This document shows positions 63,505 through 64,000 of a DNA stretch of 64,000 nucleotides, in pieces (position 1 is the first letter of the stretch; each line of letters opens with the position of its first letter). Below the pieces are notes generated by a model, which was not told the origin of the DNA, did no database searches, and saw only the letters and a program-made list of their open reading frames with translations. Made by a program: the position numbers and the translations under genes. Origin of the DNA: Eledone cirrhosa (taxonomy: Eukaryota); the NCBI GenBank assembly GCA_964016885.1, contig OZ024743.1:163556001-163620000 (forward strand), in the 5' to 3' direction.

Positions 63505-64000
63505 CCCAGTAAAATTTACAACACTGAGACTGCAGACATCCATCATATATATATATATGTGTGTGTCCCAGTAAAAGTTAGTACACTGAGACTGCAGACA
63601 TCCATCATATATATATATGTGTGTGTGTCCCAGTAAAAGTTAGTACACTGAGACTGCAGACATCCATCATATATATATATATATGTGTGTGTCCCAGTAA
63701 AAGTTAGTAGACTGAGACTGCAGACATCCATCATATATATATATATATGTGTGTGTGTGTCCCAGTAAAAGTTAGTACACTGAGACTGCAGACATCCATC
63801 ATATATATATATGTGTGTCTCCCAGTAAAAGTTAGTAGACTGAGACTGCAGACATCCATCATATATATATATATGTGTGTGTGTCCCAGTAAAAGTTAGT
63901 ACACTGAGACTGCAGACATCCATCATATATATACATGTGTGTCTCCCAGTAAAAGTTAGTAGACTGAGACTGCAGACATCCATCATATATATATATATGT
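28732..64000. repeat. Tandem satellite over 35 kb, about 570 units of 60-66 bp: CCCAGTAAAAGTTAGTACACTGAGACTGCAGACATCCATC(AT)n(GT)m; open at the window end
   Basis: Uninterrupted head-to-tail units; count estimated as 35.27 kb divided by 62 bp. Recurrent core variants TAGAACAC, TAGTAGAC, TACAACAC, TAATACAC, TCTAGAACAC. Confidence 0.98.

Noticed and set aside
28891-63986. Many ORFs (MMDVCSLSVLTFTGTHT.., MCVPVKVSTLRLQTS..) up to 353 aa
   Set aside because: They are translations of the satellite, with frames switching at 2-bp microsatellite steps; there is no sign of frame preservation.
28732-64000. CRISPR-like array (constant repeat plus variable spacer)
   Set aside because: The variable parts are only (AT)n(GT)m length variants, not unique spacers; there are no cas genes and the context is a eukaryotic intron.

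Overview
Repeat-rich, AT-rich animal genomic DNA, most likely an octopus or other coleoid cephalopod (inferred from the SINE families). Four spliced + strand exons (5541-5623, 8536-8732, 12690-12835, 15668-15836) join in frame into WD40 repeats that match the middle of GEMIN5. The introns in the first 28.7 kb are a patchwork of decayed mobile DNA: a near-full-length RTE LINE with a PHD finger inside its RT region, several RTE fragments, a CR1-like RT inserted in a minisatellite, a CRE-like endonuclease remnant, a Helitron 3' end, a Penelope-like element, three minimal hammerhead ribozymes, tRNA-derived SINEs and MITEs. From 28732 to the window end (over 35 kb) runs a tandem array of about 570 units of 60-66 bp. 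Each unit is a 40-bp core plus an (AT)n(GT)m microsatellite. The array grows directly out of the body of a tRNA-derived SINE and contains kb-scale higher-order duplications. All ORFs in the array are repeat artefacts. Family assignments come from motif recognition and remembered consensus sequences; no database search was run.
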